A stretch of 64,000 nt of DNA from Phycisphaerales bacterium (GTDB lineage Bacteria; Planctomycetota; Phycisphaerae; Phycisphaerales; UBA1924), in contig JBGSIX010000073.1 of the NCBI GenBank assembly GCA_041742315.1, forward strand, positions 12,008 through 76,007, read 5' to 3'. Positions 27,144 to 36,335 of the stretch are shown piece by piece. The notes under the pieces were generated by a model that made no database searches, had not been told where the DNA came from, and worked only from the letters and a program-made list of their open reading frames with translations. The number at the start of each line of letters is the position of its first letter. The stretch's first letter is position 1. A program made the position numbers and the translations under genes.

Positions 27144-29488
27144 TTGGCTTCCCTTCCTCTGCACGTGCGGAATGTGCCACTGAGCACGATCGATTCGATC
27201 ATGGCTGCCAGCTTATCGCCACTTTGGCGCGTTTCGCCCGCAATCTCGCGGATGGCGGGACGATCGAAGGGCTCGGCCCCGCGCCCGATGGCGTACGTGA
27301 GCATCTCGGACGCCAGGTGCTCGCGGAAGGCTTCGAGGCGATCCATCAGAATCGACTTGAGGCCCGTCGGCCCGTCGAACTCGACGCCGCCCGGGAGCAC
27401 GCCAAAGGTGTCGATCGGGACGCCCTCGTACGTGTCGCGCCACGCGCCGATGGCGTCGAAGTTCTCCATCGCCAGCCCGATCGGATCCATGCGCTGGTGG
27501 CAGGTCACGCACGAGGCATCGGTCAGATGGGCCGCCAGCTGCTCGCGGAGTGTTGCATCTTCGCCAAGCCCCTCTGCGGAAGTCTCGAGCCTCGGGATAT
27601 CGGGCGGGGGTGGTGGCGGCGGCGTCCCGAGGATGTGCTCCAGCACGTACAGCCCGCGCTTGACCGGGCTTGTGCGCGTCGGGTTGCTCGTGACGAGGAG
27701 TGTCGCGCCGAGCGTAAGGATCCCGCCGCGGACCGAGGTGTCGTCGAGCGTGACGCGCCGGAAGTCGTCGCCGGTGACACCTTGAAGCCCGTAGAGCGTT
27801 GCAAGGCGCTCGTTGACGAAGACGTCCTGCGCGTCGATGAGGTGCTGGATGGGCCTGCCCGAGCGGAGGACATCGCCGAAGAAGAGCCGGGCTTCGGTTT
27901 CCATGTCCGTGCGCAGGTTCTCAGAGAACTCCGGGTAAAGCGAGCGGTCGATGTCGATCATCGGCAGGTTGCGGAGCAGCAGCCACTGCCCCGCGAAGTT
28001 GCGCACGAGGGCGTCCGACTTCGGGTCGGCGAGCATACGAGCGACCTGGGCGCGGAGAACCTCGTCATCGCGGAGTTTGCCCTCGGCCGCGAGCGTTCGC
28101 AGCTCGTCGTCGGGCATCGAGCTCCAGAGAAAGTACGAGAGCCGGCTCGCAAGCTCGTGGTCGCTCAACTCGTACACAAGCTGCGGGTTCGTCGGCTCGG
28201 GGTGCTGGGCTCGCCTGTAAAGAAAGCTCGGCGACATCAGCACGCCCGTCAGCATCTGGCGGAGCGCAAACTCGTGGCTCTCGCCCTCGGCGATGATCGA
28301 GTCGTACAAACCAAGCAATGATTCACGCTCAACAGGCTCGGGTGGTCTGCGATAGGCGCGGGGCAGGAGCCAATCGGCGAGTTCCTCGGCGTGCGGGCGT
28401 CCGGGCTCGCGGCCCGCGATGTGCCTCTGGTAAAGCGCCGGTCGCGTGACGCTCTCTTCCGTGAGCGGGCCGGCGATCGAGAACGCATCGATCGCGAGGT
28501 TTCGGTCCGCAACGTTGGGCACCCAATAATCATTGGTGAAGTGGGCGGAGACCTCCACGGCGCCCGGTTCAAGTTTGAGCTTCACCGCGACAAGTTCGGC
28601 GTCTGCTTCGTTCTCGGCCTCGATGCCCTTGGAGAGCACCTCCTTGCCGTCGACGCGGATGCTGAGGTTGGGCAGGTCGTCGCCGCCGCGGGTGCCCCAG
28701 GTGAGCGCGCTGATCTCGTACTCGCCCGCGATGTGAATCTGCACCACACTACTGAGCGAGCCATTGGTCGAGAAAAACTGCCCGCCTTGCCTGAGGGGCT
28801 GGCCGTTGCCTTGGCGCCGGATGCGCGGCATGGGCCTTGGTGTGCTGCCGATCTCGACCATCGGGCCAAGAGCAATCTCCACGGCTTTCTCCGCGGCGTC
28901 GAGGTACGCCTCCATGTGCGTGGGCGACATGGTCAGGACGTCGGCGATGTTGTCGTAGCCGTAGCCCACGTCGTCGAGGGGCAGACTGCTGACGAGATCG
29001 TGCGCCGAGATGGCGATCTCCAAGAGATCGCGCAGCGTGTTCCGGTACTCGTCGCGGTTGAGCCGGTGGATCGTCATCCAGCCCGGGTCGATCTTGCCGT
29101 CGGGCGGCGTGTAGGCGAGCGCGTCGTCGAGCCACTGGACGATCGTGAGCCGTTCGTGATCGGTCGGGAGGAAAATCTCGTCCTCGGGGGGCATCTGCCC
29201 GGTGGAAACCATCTCACGCGCGTAGCGCAGGTCCTCGGATTGCGCAACGATCGAATCGACCGAGTCGAGCGTGTCCAGTCGAACGCCACCCTTGGCGCGA
29301 TCGCCCCGGTGGCACTGCATGCAGTGCGTCTCAAGGAGCGGGCGGATGTCAAGATCGAGTCGGCTCGTCAGTTCGGTGGCGATCGGGTCGGCGGGCTCGC
29401 CCGATTCGGGCTGGGAGACACCCAGCGCGAGCGCCGCGGGGACGCCGAGCGTGAGCAGAACGGTGGATATCCAGCCTCGTGCGCGCAA
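27140..29488 (-). CDS. DUF1592/DUF1588/DUF1585-family protein with a c-type haem motif (planctomycete cytochrome-c-domain protein)
   Basis: 782-aa ORF starting with TTG. CXXCH site CMQCHRGDRAKGG near the N-terminus and CVTCHQRMDPIG near the C-terminus. Confidence 0.8.
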   Translation of the reverse strand: MRARGWISTVLLTLGVPAALALGVSQPESGEPADPIATELTSRLDLDIRPLLETHCMQCHRGDRAKGGVRLDTLDSVDSIVAQSEDLRYAREMVSTGQMPPEDEIFLPTDHERLTIVQWLDDALAYTPPDGKIDPGWMTIHRLNRDEYRNTLRDLLEIAISAHDLVSSLPLDDVGYGYDNIADVLTMSPTHMEAYLDAAEKAVEIALGPMVEIGSTPRPMPRIRRQGNGQPLRQGGQFFSTNGSLSSVVQIHIAGEYEISALTWGTRGGDDLPNLSIRVDGKEVLSKGIEAENEADAELVAVKLKLEPGAVEVSAHFTNDYWVPNVADRNLAIDAFSIAGPLTEESVTRPALYQRHIAGREPGRPHAEELADWLLPRAYRRPPEPVERESLLGLYDSIIAEGESHEFALRQMLTGVLMSPSFLYRRAQHPEPTNPQLVYELSDHELASRLSYFLWSSMPDDELRTLAAEGKLRDDEVLRAQVARMLADPKSDALVRNFAGQWLLLRNLPMIDIDRSLYPEFSENLRTDMETEARLFFGDVLRSGRPIQHLIDAQDVFVNERLATLYGLQGVTGDDFRRVTLDDTSVRGGILTLGATLLVTSNPTRTSPVKRGLYVLEHILGTPPPPPPPDIPRLETSAEGLGEDATLREQLAAHLTDASCVTCHQRMDPIGLAMENFDAIGAWRDTYEGVPIDTFGVLPGGVEFDGPTGLKSILMDRLEAFREHLASEMLTYAIGRGAEPFDRPAIREIAGETRQSGDKLAAMIESIVLSGTFRTCRGREAK

Positions 29489-29575
29489 GGTGACCCCCTT
29501 GCCTCACAGACTACCACAATTCGCGCACGGGATCGGCTCTGTTCCTCGTGGAACATGTCCGGTTTTTGGCGTTCG

Positions 29576-30145
29576 TTACTTGCGGAGCTGCCCGAATCGG
29601 CCCCAGGGTGAACGCTCGGCCTTCGTGCCGATGAACATCGCAAAGCCCGAGACCCGCTCGGTGCGTTCGACGGAGATAAACGCGTGCGGCGCGATCGCGG
29701 CGACGTCCTGGAGCAGGTCGGGCAAAGCCCGGCGCTTGATGGCGAGGAAGACGATCTCGACCGGGCCCTCCTTGCCGTGGCCTTCGAGACGCGTGGCGGC
29801 GTAGCCCTTCTCGCGGATCATGGTGGAGACGTCGAGCTCGGGCTTGGTGTTGACGACGCGGACCATGCGGTAGCCGATGGCGAAGAAGTTCTCGAGCGTC
29901 ATGCCGAGCAGCGTGCCAGAGGCGTACCCGGCCGCGAAGGCGAGGACGGCGATGGGGTTGTCGAGGTGCTTGACCGCGCCGCCGACCGCGAGCACCCAGA
30001 TGAGCACCTCGACGAAGCCGAGCCCCGCCGAGACGAACCGATGGCCCGAGATCACCATGAGCATGCGGAAGGTGCCGATCGAGACGTCGCAGATGCGCGC
30101 CACGAAAATCAGGAGCGGGATCAACCATTCGTAGTGTTCGGGCAT
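29576..30145 (-). CDS. UPF0316 / DUF2179 family membrane protein
   Basis: Trimmed to the ATG at 30145. The sequence ICDVSIGTFRMLMVISGHRFVSAGLGFVEVLIWVLAV plus a C-terminal soluble domain match the YebE-type UPF0316 layout. Confidence 0.7.
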   Translation of the reverse strand: MPEHYEWLIPLLIFVARICDVSIGTFRMLMVISGHRFVSAGLGFVEVLIWVLAVGGAVKHLDNPIAVLAFAAGYASGTLLGMTLENFFAIGYRMVRVVNTKPELDVSTMIREKGYAATRLEGHGKEGPVEIVFLAIKRRALPDLLQDVAAIAPHAFISVERTERVSGFAMFIGTKAERSPWGRFGQLRK

Positions 30146-30165
30146 GTCGAAACTCGGGCTTTCGG

Positions 30166-31308
30166 TCAGTGGTACCAGGGTGTGAAAGGCAGGACGATGG
30201 ATACGGCGATCAGGGCGATGATGACCCACTCCAGCAGTTCGAGCCGTCGCGTGGAGGTGGTATCGGACATTTTCGCGTAGAGGCTCTCGGTTGCGTCGAG
30301 CTTTCGCTTGACGCTCGCCTGCCAGGCGGGCAGGTCGAGGCGGCCCGCGGCGAGGCGGTAGAAACGGGCCAGGTACTGGTTTCCCAGGAGTTTGATGGCG
30401 TTATTAACGCCCTCGAACATGACCGCAGCGTCGGTCTGGACGGCGGCGAACCGCCCCAGGAGCTTGCCAGAGGAGAACCCGGGCCAGAGGCGGGCGTTGA
30501 TGATCTCGCCCAGGGTCTCGTCGGCGTTGTCGAGGATCGAGTCGAGTTCCTCATCGAGCACGCGGAGTTCCAGGAGCTCGATGTTGGCGTGCTGGAGCAC
30601 CGCGATCACGTCGCCCGGCTGGCGATCGAAGAGGATCGCGGCGTTCCAGTCCACGATCGCCAGGTCCGCAGTGGAATAGCTCATCGTCGCTTCGGTTGAA
30701 CGCTTGATCTGCTCTTGGGAGAGATCGCCCGGCTCGGCTTCGATGATGCGGGCCAGTTCCACGCGGTGCTGATTCAAGATCTCGGAGGTCTGCAGCGACT
30801 CATCCCAGCCCGTGACCGCGAAGATCGAGTAGTCCTCGAAGGCTTCCGAGATCCGGGGACGTTCGATGGCGGGGCGGATCGCCTCGACGACCTGGGCGAT
30901 GCGTCGGCGGGCGTCGGCTTCGAGGCTCTCGTCCTGGTAGAGCGCGACACTGAGCCCCGCGACCTTGTCGAGCGAGGCCGGCAGTGGGAAGCGGTACGCG
31001 ATCAGGACGGCTCCGAAGTCGTAGAGAAGCAGTTCCGCTTCCTGTTCACACTCGTAAGAGCCGATCGAGACGGAGCTTCCCCCGACTGCGAGGCGGAGCG
31101 GTGCGGGGCTGTAATCGAACCAGCTCGGGGCGGGGCGTCTGGCCCTGACGGCATGGAGACGAGTGGGTTCGTGGACGAATTTCTGGGCAGCGTCCAGATC
31201 GATCTGGAAGCCGACGTCCAGGGCGAAGATCGCCAGGGTGTAGCCCGAGATGCTTGGGGTTTGAGTGGGCACGCGAAAGGCTAGGCGGGTTGCGGGGGCA
31301 TTGGGCAT
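30166..31308 (-). CDS. Hypothetical protein with a single C-terminal TM helix, possibly RMD1/DUF155-like
   Basis: 380-aa ORF ending LELLEWVIIALIAVSIVLPFTPWYH. The family assignment comes from overall layout only. The start ATG sits inside a heptamer repeat. Confidence 0.55.
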   Translation of the reverse strand: MPNAPATRLAFRVPTQTPSISGYTLAIFALDVGFQIDLDAAQKFVHEPTRLHAVRARRPAPSWFDYSPAPLRLAVGGSSVSIGSYECEQEAELLLYDFGAVLIAYRFPLPASLDKVAGLSVALYQDESLEADARRRIAQVVEAIRPAIERPRISEAFEDYSIFAVTGWDESLQTSEILNQHRVELARIIEAEPGDLSQEQIKRSTEATMSYSTADLAIVDWNAAILFDRQPGDVIAVLQHANIELLELRVLDEELDSILDNADETLGEIINARLWPGFSSGKLLGRFAAVQTDAAVMFEGVNNAIKLLGNQYLARFYRLAAGRLDLPAWQASVKRKLDATESLYAKMSDTTSTRRLELLEWVIIALIAVSIVLPFTPWYH

Positions 31309-31378
31309 TGGGCATTAGGGATGAGGTGGTGTCCCGAATCCATCTTCCTCGTGCCTAATGCCTAGTGCCTAGTGCCTC
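31296..31378. repeat. Inverted arrays of heptamer repeats in a divergent promoter region
   Basis: Three perfect tandem GGGCATT units lie at 31296..31316. Four tandem units (GTGCCTA ATGCCTA GTGCCTA GTGCCTC) lie at 31351..31378. The two arrays are mutually inverted around the core GGCAT/ATGCC, with a 34-bp spacer. Confidence 0.85.
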
Positions 31379-31449
31379 ACTCCGCTGCGTATGATCGCTT
31401 CCCGTGAGCGAGAGCCGCTCTGGGCATCCCGAAGGAGTCACAGACCGCC

Positions 31450-32421
31450 ATGAAGATCCGCGCCTTTATCGACGAGCACTACCGCCACTTCAATGCCGCG
31501 AGCGTCAAGGACGCCGCCGAGGCGTACAGCAAGTGTCTGGCCGACGGCGGGCAGATGCTGGTGACGCTCGCCGGGGCGATGAGCACGGGCGAACTCGGGC
31601 GTTCGCTGGCGGAGATGATCCGGCAGGAGAAGGTGCACGCGATCTGCTGCACGGGCGCGAACCTGGAAGAGGACCTCTTCAACCTCGTCGCGCACGATCT
31701 CTACGAGCGGCTCCCCAACTACCGGGACCTGACCCCTTCGGACGAGCAGAAGCTCCTCGACCGGGGCCTGGCCCGGGTGACGGACACCTGCATCCCGGAA
31801 GAGGCGGCGATCCGCAAGCTCGAGAAGTACCTGGTGCCGATCTGGAAGGACGCCAACGACACGGGCAAGCGGAAGCTCCCCCACGAGTACCTCTACGACC
31901 TGATCCGCACGGGGAACCTCAAGAGCGACTATCAGGGCGACCCGAAGAACGCGTGGCTGCTTGAGGCGTGCGCGAGGGACCTGCCGATCTTTGTGCCGGG
32001 CTGGGAAGACTCGACGCTGGGCAACATCTTCACCTCGCACGTGCTCGACGGGACGTTCAAGTCGACCGACCCGGTCAAGCCGGGGCTCGACTACATGATC
32101 TCGATCGCGCATTGGTACCGGGCCCGCTGCAAGGAGGACAAGATGTCCCCGGGGTTCTTCCAGATCGGCGGCGGCATCGCGGGCGACTTCCCGATCTGCG
32201 TCGTGCCCATGCTCCGCTACGACCTGAAGGAAGAAACGCCCTGCTGGAGCTACTTCTGCCAGATCAGCGACAGCACCACGAGCTACGGCTCGTACTCGGG
32301 CGCGGTGCCCAACGAGAAGATCACCTGGGGCAAGGTCGACGCCGACACGCCCAGGTTCGTGATCGAGTCGGACGCGACGATCGTGGCGCCGCTCATCTTC
32401 GGGCACGTTCTCGACTGGTGA
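31450..32421 (+). CDS. Deoxyhypusine synthase family protein (homospermidine-synthase-like)
   Basis: 323-aa ORF containing LAGAMSTGELGRSLAEMIRQEKVHAICCTGANLEEDLFNL, characteristic of the DHS family. Confidence 0.85.
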   Translation: MKIRAFIDEHYRHFNAASVKDAAEAYSKCLADGGQMLVTLAGAMSTGELGRSLAEMIRQEKVHAICCTGANLEEDLFNLVAHDLYERLPNYRDLTPSDEQKLLDRGLARVTDTCIPEEAAIRKLEKYLVPIWKDANDTGKRKLPHEYLYDLIRTGNLKSDYQGDPKNAWLLEACARDLPIFVPGWEDSTLGNIFTSHVLDGTFKSTDPVKPGLDYMISIAHWYRARCKEDKMSPGFFQIGGGIAGDFPICVVPMLRYDLKEETPCWSYFCQISDSTTSYGSYSGAVPNEKITWGKVDADTPRFVIESDATIVAPLIFGHVLDW

Positions 32422-32444
32422 TCGGGCACCCGAGGCCGGGCGAG

Positions 32445-32606
32445 TCAGGACTTGCCTTTCTCCGTTCGCCCTTCCTTGGCACGCTGTTTGTTGACCGTGC
32501 TGGCCGCGATCTCCTTGGCACGCTCATCGGATCGCCCCTGCTTCTTTTCGCTTTCCTTGATGTGCTCGTACTGTCGTTCGTCCTTGTCTGACCATGATTT
32601 CGGCAT
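32445..32606 (-). CDS. Small basic hypothetical protein (53 aa)
   Basis: ATG at 32606 follows AAGGAG. Sequence MPKSWSDKDERQYEHIKESEKKQGRSDERAKEIAASTVNKQRAKEGRTEKGKS. It resembles a widespread small conserved protein, but I cannot name the family. Confidence 0.55.
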   Translation of the reverse strand: MPKSWSDKDERQYEHIKESEKKQGRSDERAKEIAASTVNKQRAKEGRTEKGKS

Positions 32607-32695
32607 GACATACTCCTTTGTGGGTAGCATGCAGGCCGAACGTTGAACAGGCATGAAGTGAGCATGAAGCTGCGACAGATTGCGGAAGCCACGCC

Positions 32696-33607
32696 TTGAC
32701 CGATCAGCATGACAGTTCACGGCGAGCGCCAGAGCGGCTTGCGCTGCTCGGGATCGTTGTGAACGCGCTGCTCGCGGTGGGAAAGCTCGCTGCGGGGGTG
32801 CTCGGTCACTCGTTTGCGCTCGTCGCGGACGCGGTGGAATCGCTCGTTGATGTCGCGGCCTCGATCGTGGTCTGGTCGGCGATGCGGTACGGGTCCAAGC
32901 CCGCTGATGAGGAGCACCCGTTCGGTCACGGCAAGATCGAGCCGATGGCGGCAATGGCGGTGGCGGTGGTCATCGTGATCGTGGGCATCGGCGTGGCGGC
33001 CGAGGCGGTCCGGCAGATCATCACGCCCCATTCGACGCCAAAGCCCTGGACGCTTCTGGTGCTTGTGCTCGTGATTGTGGTGAAGGAATCGCTGGCGCGC
33101 GTGGCGGACAGGGCCGCCAAGAGAGCCAGGAGTTCTGCGGGAGCGGCTGACGCCTGGCACCACCGGTCGGACGCGATCACATCGGCCTTCGCGTTCGTGG
33201 GGATCGCGGTGGCGGTGATCGGGGGCCCGGACCTGGCGAGGGCGGACGATGTGGCGGCCCTTCTGGCCTCAGGGGTGATCGTGCTCAATGGGTTTCTGCT
33301 GGCCCGGGAGCCCTACCACGAGCTTCTGGATCGGCACAGCCCGGAGGTCGCCCAGGCCGCCTGCGAACTGGCGATGGGCGTGCCCGGGGTGCTCGGTGTG
33401 GAACAGTGCGACGCGAGGCAGAGCGGCCGGGGGTACAGGGTGGTCATGCACGTGGAGGTATCCCCGGAGATGACGGTCGCCGACGCCCACGGGATCACGG
33501 GCCGGATCAAGGCGGAGATTCGGAGCCGGCGGGGGGATATTGATAGTGTGCTGATCCACATCGAGCCGCACGCGGGGGTTGATGCCGGGGCGTCGGATCG
33601 GTGCTAA
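32696..33607 (+). CDS. Cation diffusion facilitator (CDF) family transporter
   Basis: Motifs HSFALVADAVESLVDV and EEHPFGHGKIEP, with a C-terminal cytoplasmic domain. The ORF begins with TTG, so the start is uncertain. Confidence 0.8.
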   Translation: MTDQHDSSRRAPERLALLGIVVNALLAVGKLAAGVLGHSFALVADAVESLVDVAASIVVWSAMRYGSKPADEEHPFGHGKIEPMAAMAVAVVIVIVGIGVAAEAVRQIITPHSTPKPWTLLVLVLVIVVKESLARVADRAAKRARSSAGAADAWHHRSDAITSAFAFVGIAVAVIGGPDLARADDVAALLASGVIVLNGFLLAREPYHELLDRHSPEVAQAACELAMGVPGVLGVEQCDARQSGRGYRVVMHVEVSPEMTVADAHGITGRIKAEIRSRRGDIDSVLIHIEPHAGVDAGASDRC

Positions 33608-33620
33608 ACTTGGGAGACAG

Positions 33621-33692
33621 GCGGGTGTAGTTCAGTGGTAGAACGTCAGCTTCCCAAGCTGAATGTCGTCGGTTCGAGTCCGATCACCCGCT
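33621..33692 (+). tRNA. tRNA-Gly (anticodon CCC)
   Basis: Manual cloverleaf. Acceptor GCGGGTG/CACCCGC. D arm GTTC-AGTGGTA-GAAC. Anticodon arm TCAGC-TTCCCAA-GCTGA. T arm GTCGG-TTCGAGT-CCGAT. Confidence 0.9.
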
Positions 33693-33940
33693 TTCTTTCT
33701 TGCCCCCCAGTTCGGGTTCTTTCTCTGCGACTCGGCGCCACATCGATGAACCGGGTTGCCTCTGCCTGACGTGACGGGTTCGCACCGAGATGCAACCTTC
33801 GGGCGAGTTTCGCGATACAGGTCAGCGTCTGCCCGAGCGATGCCTCATGGCGCCATCAAAGGTATTCGAGCGAGGGGGGCGAGAAGTTTCAATTGATGCC
33901 GAATCCCAGGAGCATGGCCGAATTGGGATCGCAAGATAGA

Positions 33941-33988
33941 AAGCGGGCGAACGGACTCGAACCGTCAACATTCAGCTTGGAAGGCTGA
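33941..33988. repeat. Distal att direct repeat: displaced 3' portion of tRNA-Gly(UCC)
   Basis: The 48 bp aagcgggcgaacggactcgaaccgtcaacattcagcttggaaggctga are identical to 59651..59698. Confidence 0.9.
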
Positions 33989-34301
33989 AAGCCTCTATCG
34001 CAAGGTGCTGGTCCAATCAGCACTTACGAGCATACCCCATTCGATCGCAGCGATTGTGCCAGCGATTGTTCGACTAAGCCTGCCTCCCTCGTGACAGACG
34101 TGTATGAGAATCAGCCTGAACTTCAGCGGCTCATCACTGCGTGGGACAGGCTCCCGGAGGCGACCCGACGGGGCATCATGGTGATCATCGACGGCTGTGA
34201 GATCGGGTAGATCCGTTTGATGGTGCCCCCTTGGACCCCCAGAAGAGCGATTCCAAGCCCGGGTATTCATTCTCGCCGGGGAGTTGCTAAACTCTGAACC
34301 G

Positions 34302-34763
34302 ATGCCCAAAGGTGCCCTTGCCATTTTTGCATTGCTATTGGCGGTCCTATCGGCGGCTCCACTGCCTCTTCGTACCAATGTATTATCGTCTTTAGCTGCT
34401 TCTCACACGCATTTCCACGTCCGTAGTCACGGTGGTTTACCTCACGTCCACCATCACTCGCACGACAGGCCTCATCCCTCTGGTGCCTTGCCGGAAAAGG
34501 CAGGTTGCTCGGTTTCTGTTGAGATTTCTCGATACGAGAACAACTGTTGCTGCCACGGTCACGGGCACGAGGTCTCCAAGAGCGAGTTCGCGATCCGGAA
34601 CGGGTCCCGGGATTCGGTTCAAAATCTGGTCGCCTATGCGAAATCGCCCGTCATCATTCCACTTGTGGTGATACCCGATGAGCACCGCCACCGCTGGCCA
34701 CTTGCTCGCGGGCGACCACCGGACCAGTTGGTCCATATTCGAACTGTTGTGCTGCTGACCTGA
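34302..34763 (+). CDS. Small secreted His/Cys-rich protein, first gene of RND operon 1 (position-equivalent to czcI)
   Basis: Signal-like N-terminus MPKGALAIFALLLAVLSAAPLPL. His run HTHFHVRSHGGLPHVHHHSHDRPH. Cys motif GCSVSVEISRYENNCCCHGHGHE. It shares the pattern [GS]C[SG][VL]...N[ND]CC with the ORFs at 43873..44244 and 54831..55238. Coding status is unproven. Confidence 0.45.
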   Translation: MPKGALAIFALLLAVLSAAPLPLRTNVLSSLAASHTHFHVRSHGGLPHVHHHSHDRPHPSGALPEKAGCSVSVEISRYENNCCCHGHGHEVSKSEFAIRNGSRDSVQNLVAYAKSPVIIPLVVIPDEHRHRWPLARGRPPDQLVHIRTVVLLT

Positions 34764-34808
34764 ATCGGACTGGTTTCTTCCAGCCTTGCTGTCGCGTGCG
34801 GTCGCCGA

Positions 34809-36335
34809 ATGGTGACCGTGACGCGGAGCCTGATCGGTCCTTGCACGCTGTTCGGAGCACACACTTTGCAGAAGTATCCATCCCGGCCCGCCGGTGCCGG
34901 TTCCGCCCTCATCGCATTGAGCGGCGCCTCGGTGATCCTCGCGGGCTGTCAGAGTTATCAATCCAGGCCGCTCGATCTCGCGGCGCACCGTAACGCCTGG
35001 GAAGCGCGTTCGCCGGGCGACGAACCTGTGCGAGCGTTCGCCGACTCGCTCGACCAATCGGGCGAGACGGGCGTTTATGACCAGTCCGACGGGCTGAGTC
35101 TTGCCGAGGGCGAGGTCGTGGCCCTCGTGTACAACCCCGAGCTTCGGCTCGCAAGATTGCAGGCCGGGGTCGCGTTGGCGTCCGCGGAGCACGCGGGACT
35201 CTGGCAGGACCCGCAACTGGGCATCGATTTCCTGACACTGATCGAAAGCGGGTCGAACCCGTATGTCACAACGCCTGGGTTGGCGTTCACGATCCCGATC
35301 TCGGGCAGGCTCGAAGCCGAGAAGGCCCGCGCGGATGCCTCGGCCCGAGCCGAACTGACGCGGGTTGCTGAGCAGGAGTGGCAGACCCGGCTCGACATTC
35401 GGCGAGCTTGGCTCCGCTGGTCCGCTGCCAAACTCAAGGCGGAGCAGACCGAGAAGCTGCTCACGTCGATCGAGTCGCTCGTTTCGTCCACGGCAAAGCT
35501 CGCCGACACTGGAGAGATCCTGCGCACAGAGGCAGCGCTCTTTGCGATTGAGCTTGCGGCTCAGCGCCGGGCGCTTCTGCTGTACCGGGGCGACGAGGCG
35601 GAGGCGGAGCAGGAACTGCGAGCACTGCTCGGGCTCTCACCGGGCGCACCGCTCGAGCTTGTGCCCTCGGTCGTGTTCGATGCGGACCCAGGCGATTTCA
35701 CCTCCCAGCACGCGGCATCGCAGAGCCTGACGCTCGCGGTTCTGCGTGACGAGTACGAGGTCGCAGAACACACACTCCGACGTGAGGTGCGCAAGCAGTA
35801 CCCCGATCTGACCATCGGGCCGCTGGCGGAGTTTGATCGGGGCGACACGCTACTCGGGTTCTCGCTGGCGCTACCCATCCCGATCCTCAACGCGAACAGG
35901 CAGGGCATCGCCGAGGCGCACGCGGAGCGCGAGCTTGCCAGAGCCGCGTTCGAGACCGCGTACGAGCGGCTTGTGGGCTCGCTCGCAGCCACGCACGCAC
36001 GCCTCACTACGCAGCGCCAACAGCGTGAGTTCATCGAGGCAGACATCGTGCCGCTCGTGGATCGGCAGCTCGCCGATGCACAGAACCTGCTCCAGCTGGG
36101 CGAGGGCGGCAGCCTCGTGCTGCTCGAAAGCCTGACGCGTGTTGCTGACACGCAGATGGCCCTCATCGATGTGAGGCTCGGCGAATCCATCGCCTGCGCT
36201 GAGCTTGCCCTGCTCGCTGGTCCGCCGGCGAACACATCCGTTGACCATTCAAACACAAAAACACACACTCCGGGCGAAGCCGAAGCGGCCCCTGTGACAG
36301 CCGAGGGCAACAACGCCCGCGAGGTGAATCCATGA
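34809..36335 (+). CDS. TolC-family outer-membrane efflux lipoprotein
   Basis: Lipobox ILAGCQS. Two-repeat OEP architecture. Upstream of the adaptor and RND genes, with an ATGA overlap. Confidence 0.8.
   Translation: MVTVTRSLIGPCTLFGAHTLQKYPSRPAGAGSALIALSGASVILAGCQSYQSRPLDLAAHRNAWEARSPGDEPVRAFADSLDQSGETGVYDQSDGLSLAEGEVVALVYNPELRLARLQAGVALASAEHAGLWQDPQLGIDFLTLIESGSNPYVTTPGLAFTIPISGRLEAEKARADASARAELTRVAEQEWQTRLDIRRAWLRWSAAKLKAEQTEKLLTSIESLVSSTAKLADTGEILRTEAALFAIELAAQRRALLLYRGDEAEAEQELRALLGLSPGAPLELVPSVVFDADPGDFTSQHAASQSLTLAVLRDEYEVAEHTLRREVRKQYPDLTIGPLAEFDRGDTLLGFSLALPIPILNANRQGIAEAHAERELARAAFETAYERLVGSLAATHARLTTQRQQREFIEADIVPLVDRQLADAQNLLQLGEGGSLVLLESLTRVADTQMALIDVRLGESIACAELALLAGPPANTSVDHSNTKTHTPGEAEAAPVTAEGNNAREVNP

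Noticed and set aside
33693-33940. 250-bp gap between tRNA-Gly(CCC) and the distal att repeat, as a possible ncRNA or gene
   Set aside because: No ORF of meaningful length, no strong hairpins or promoter-like elements noticed. Most simply it is the original spacer between the two convergent tRNA-Gly genes.
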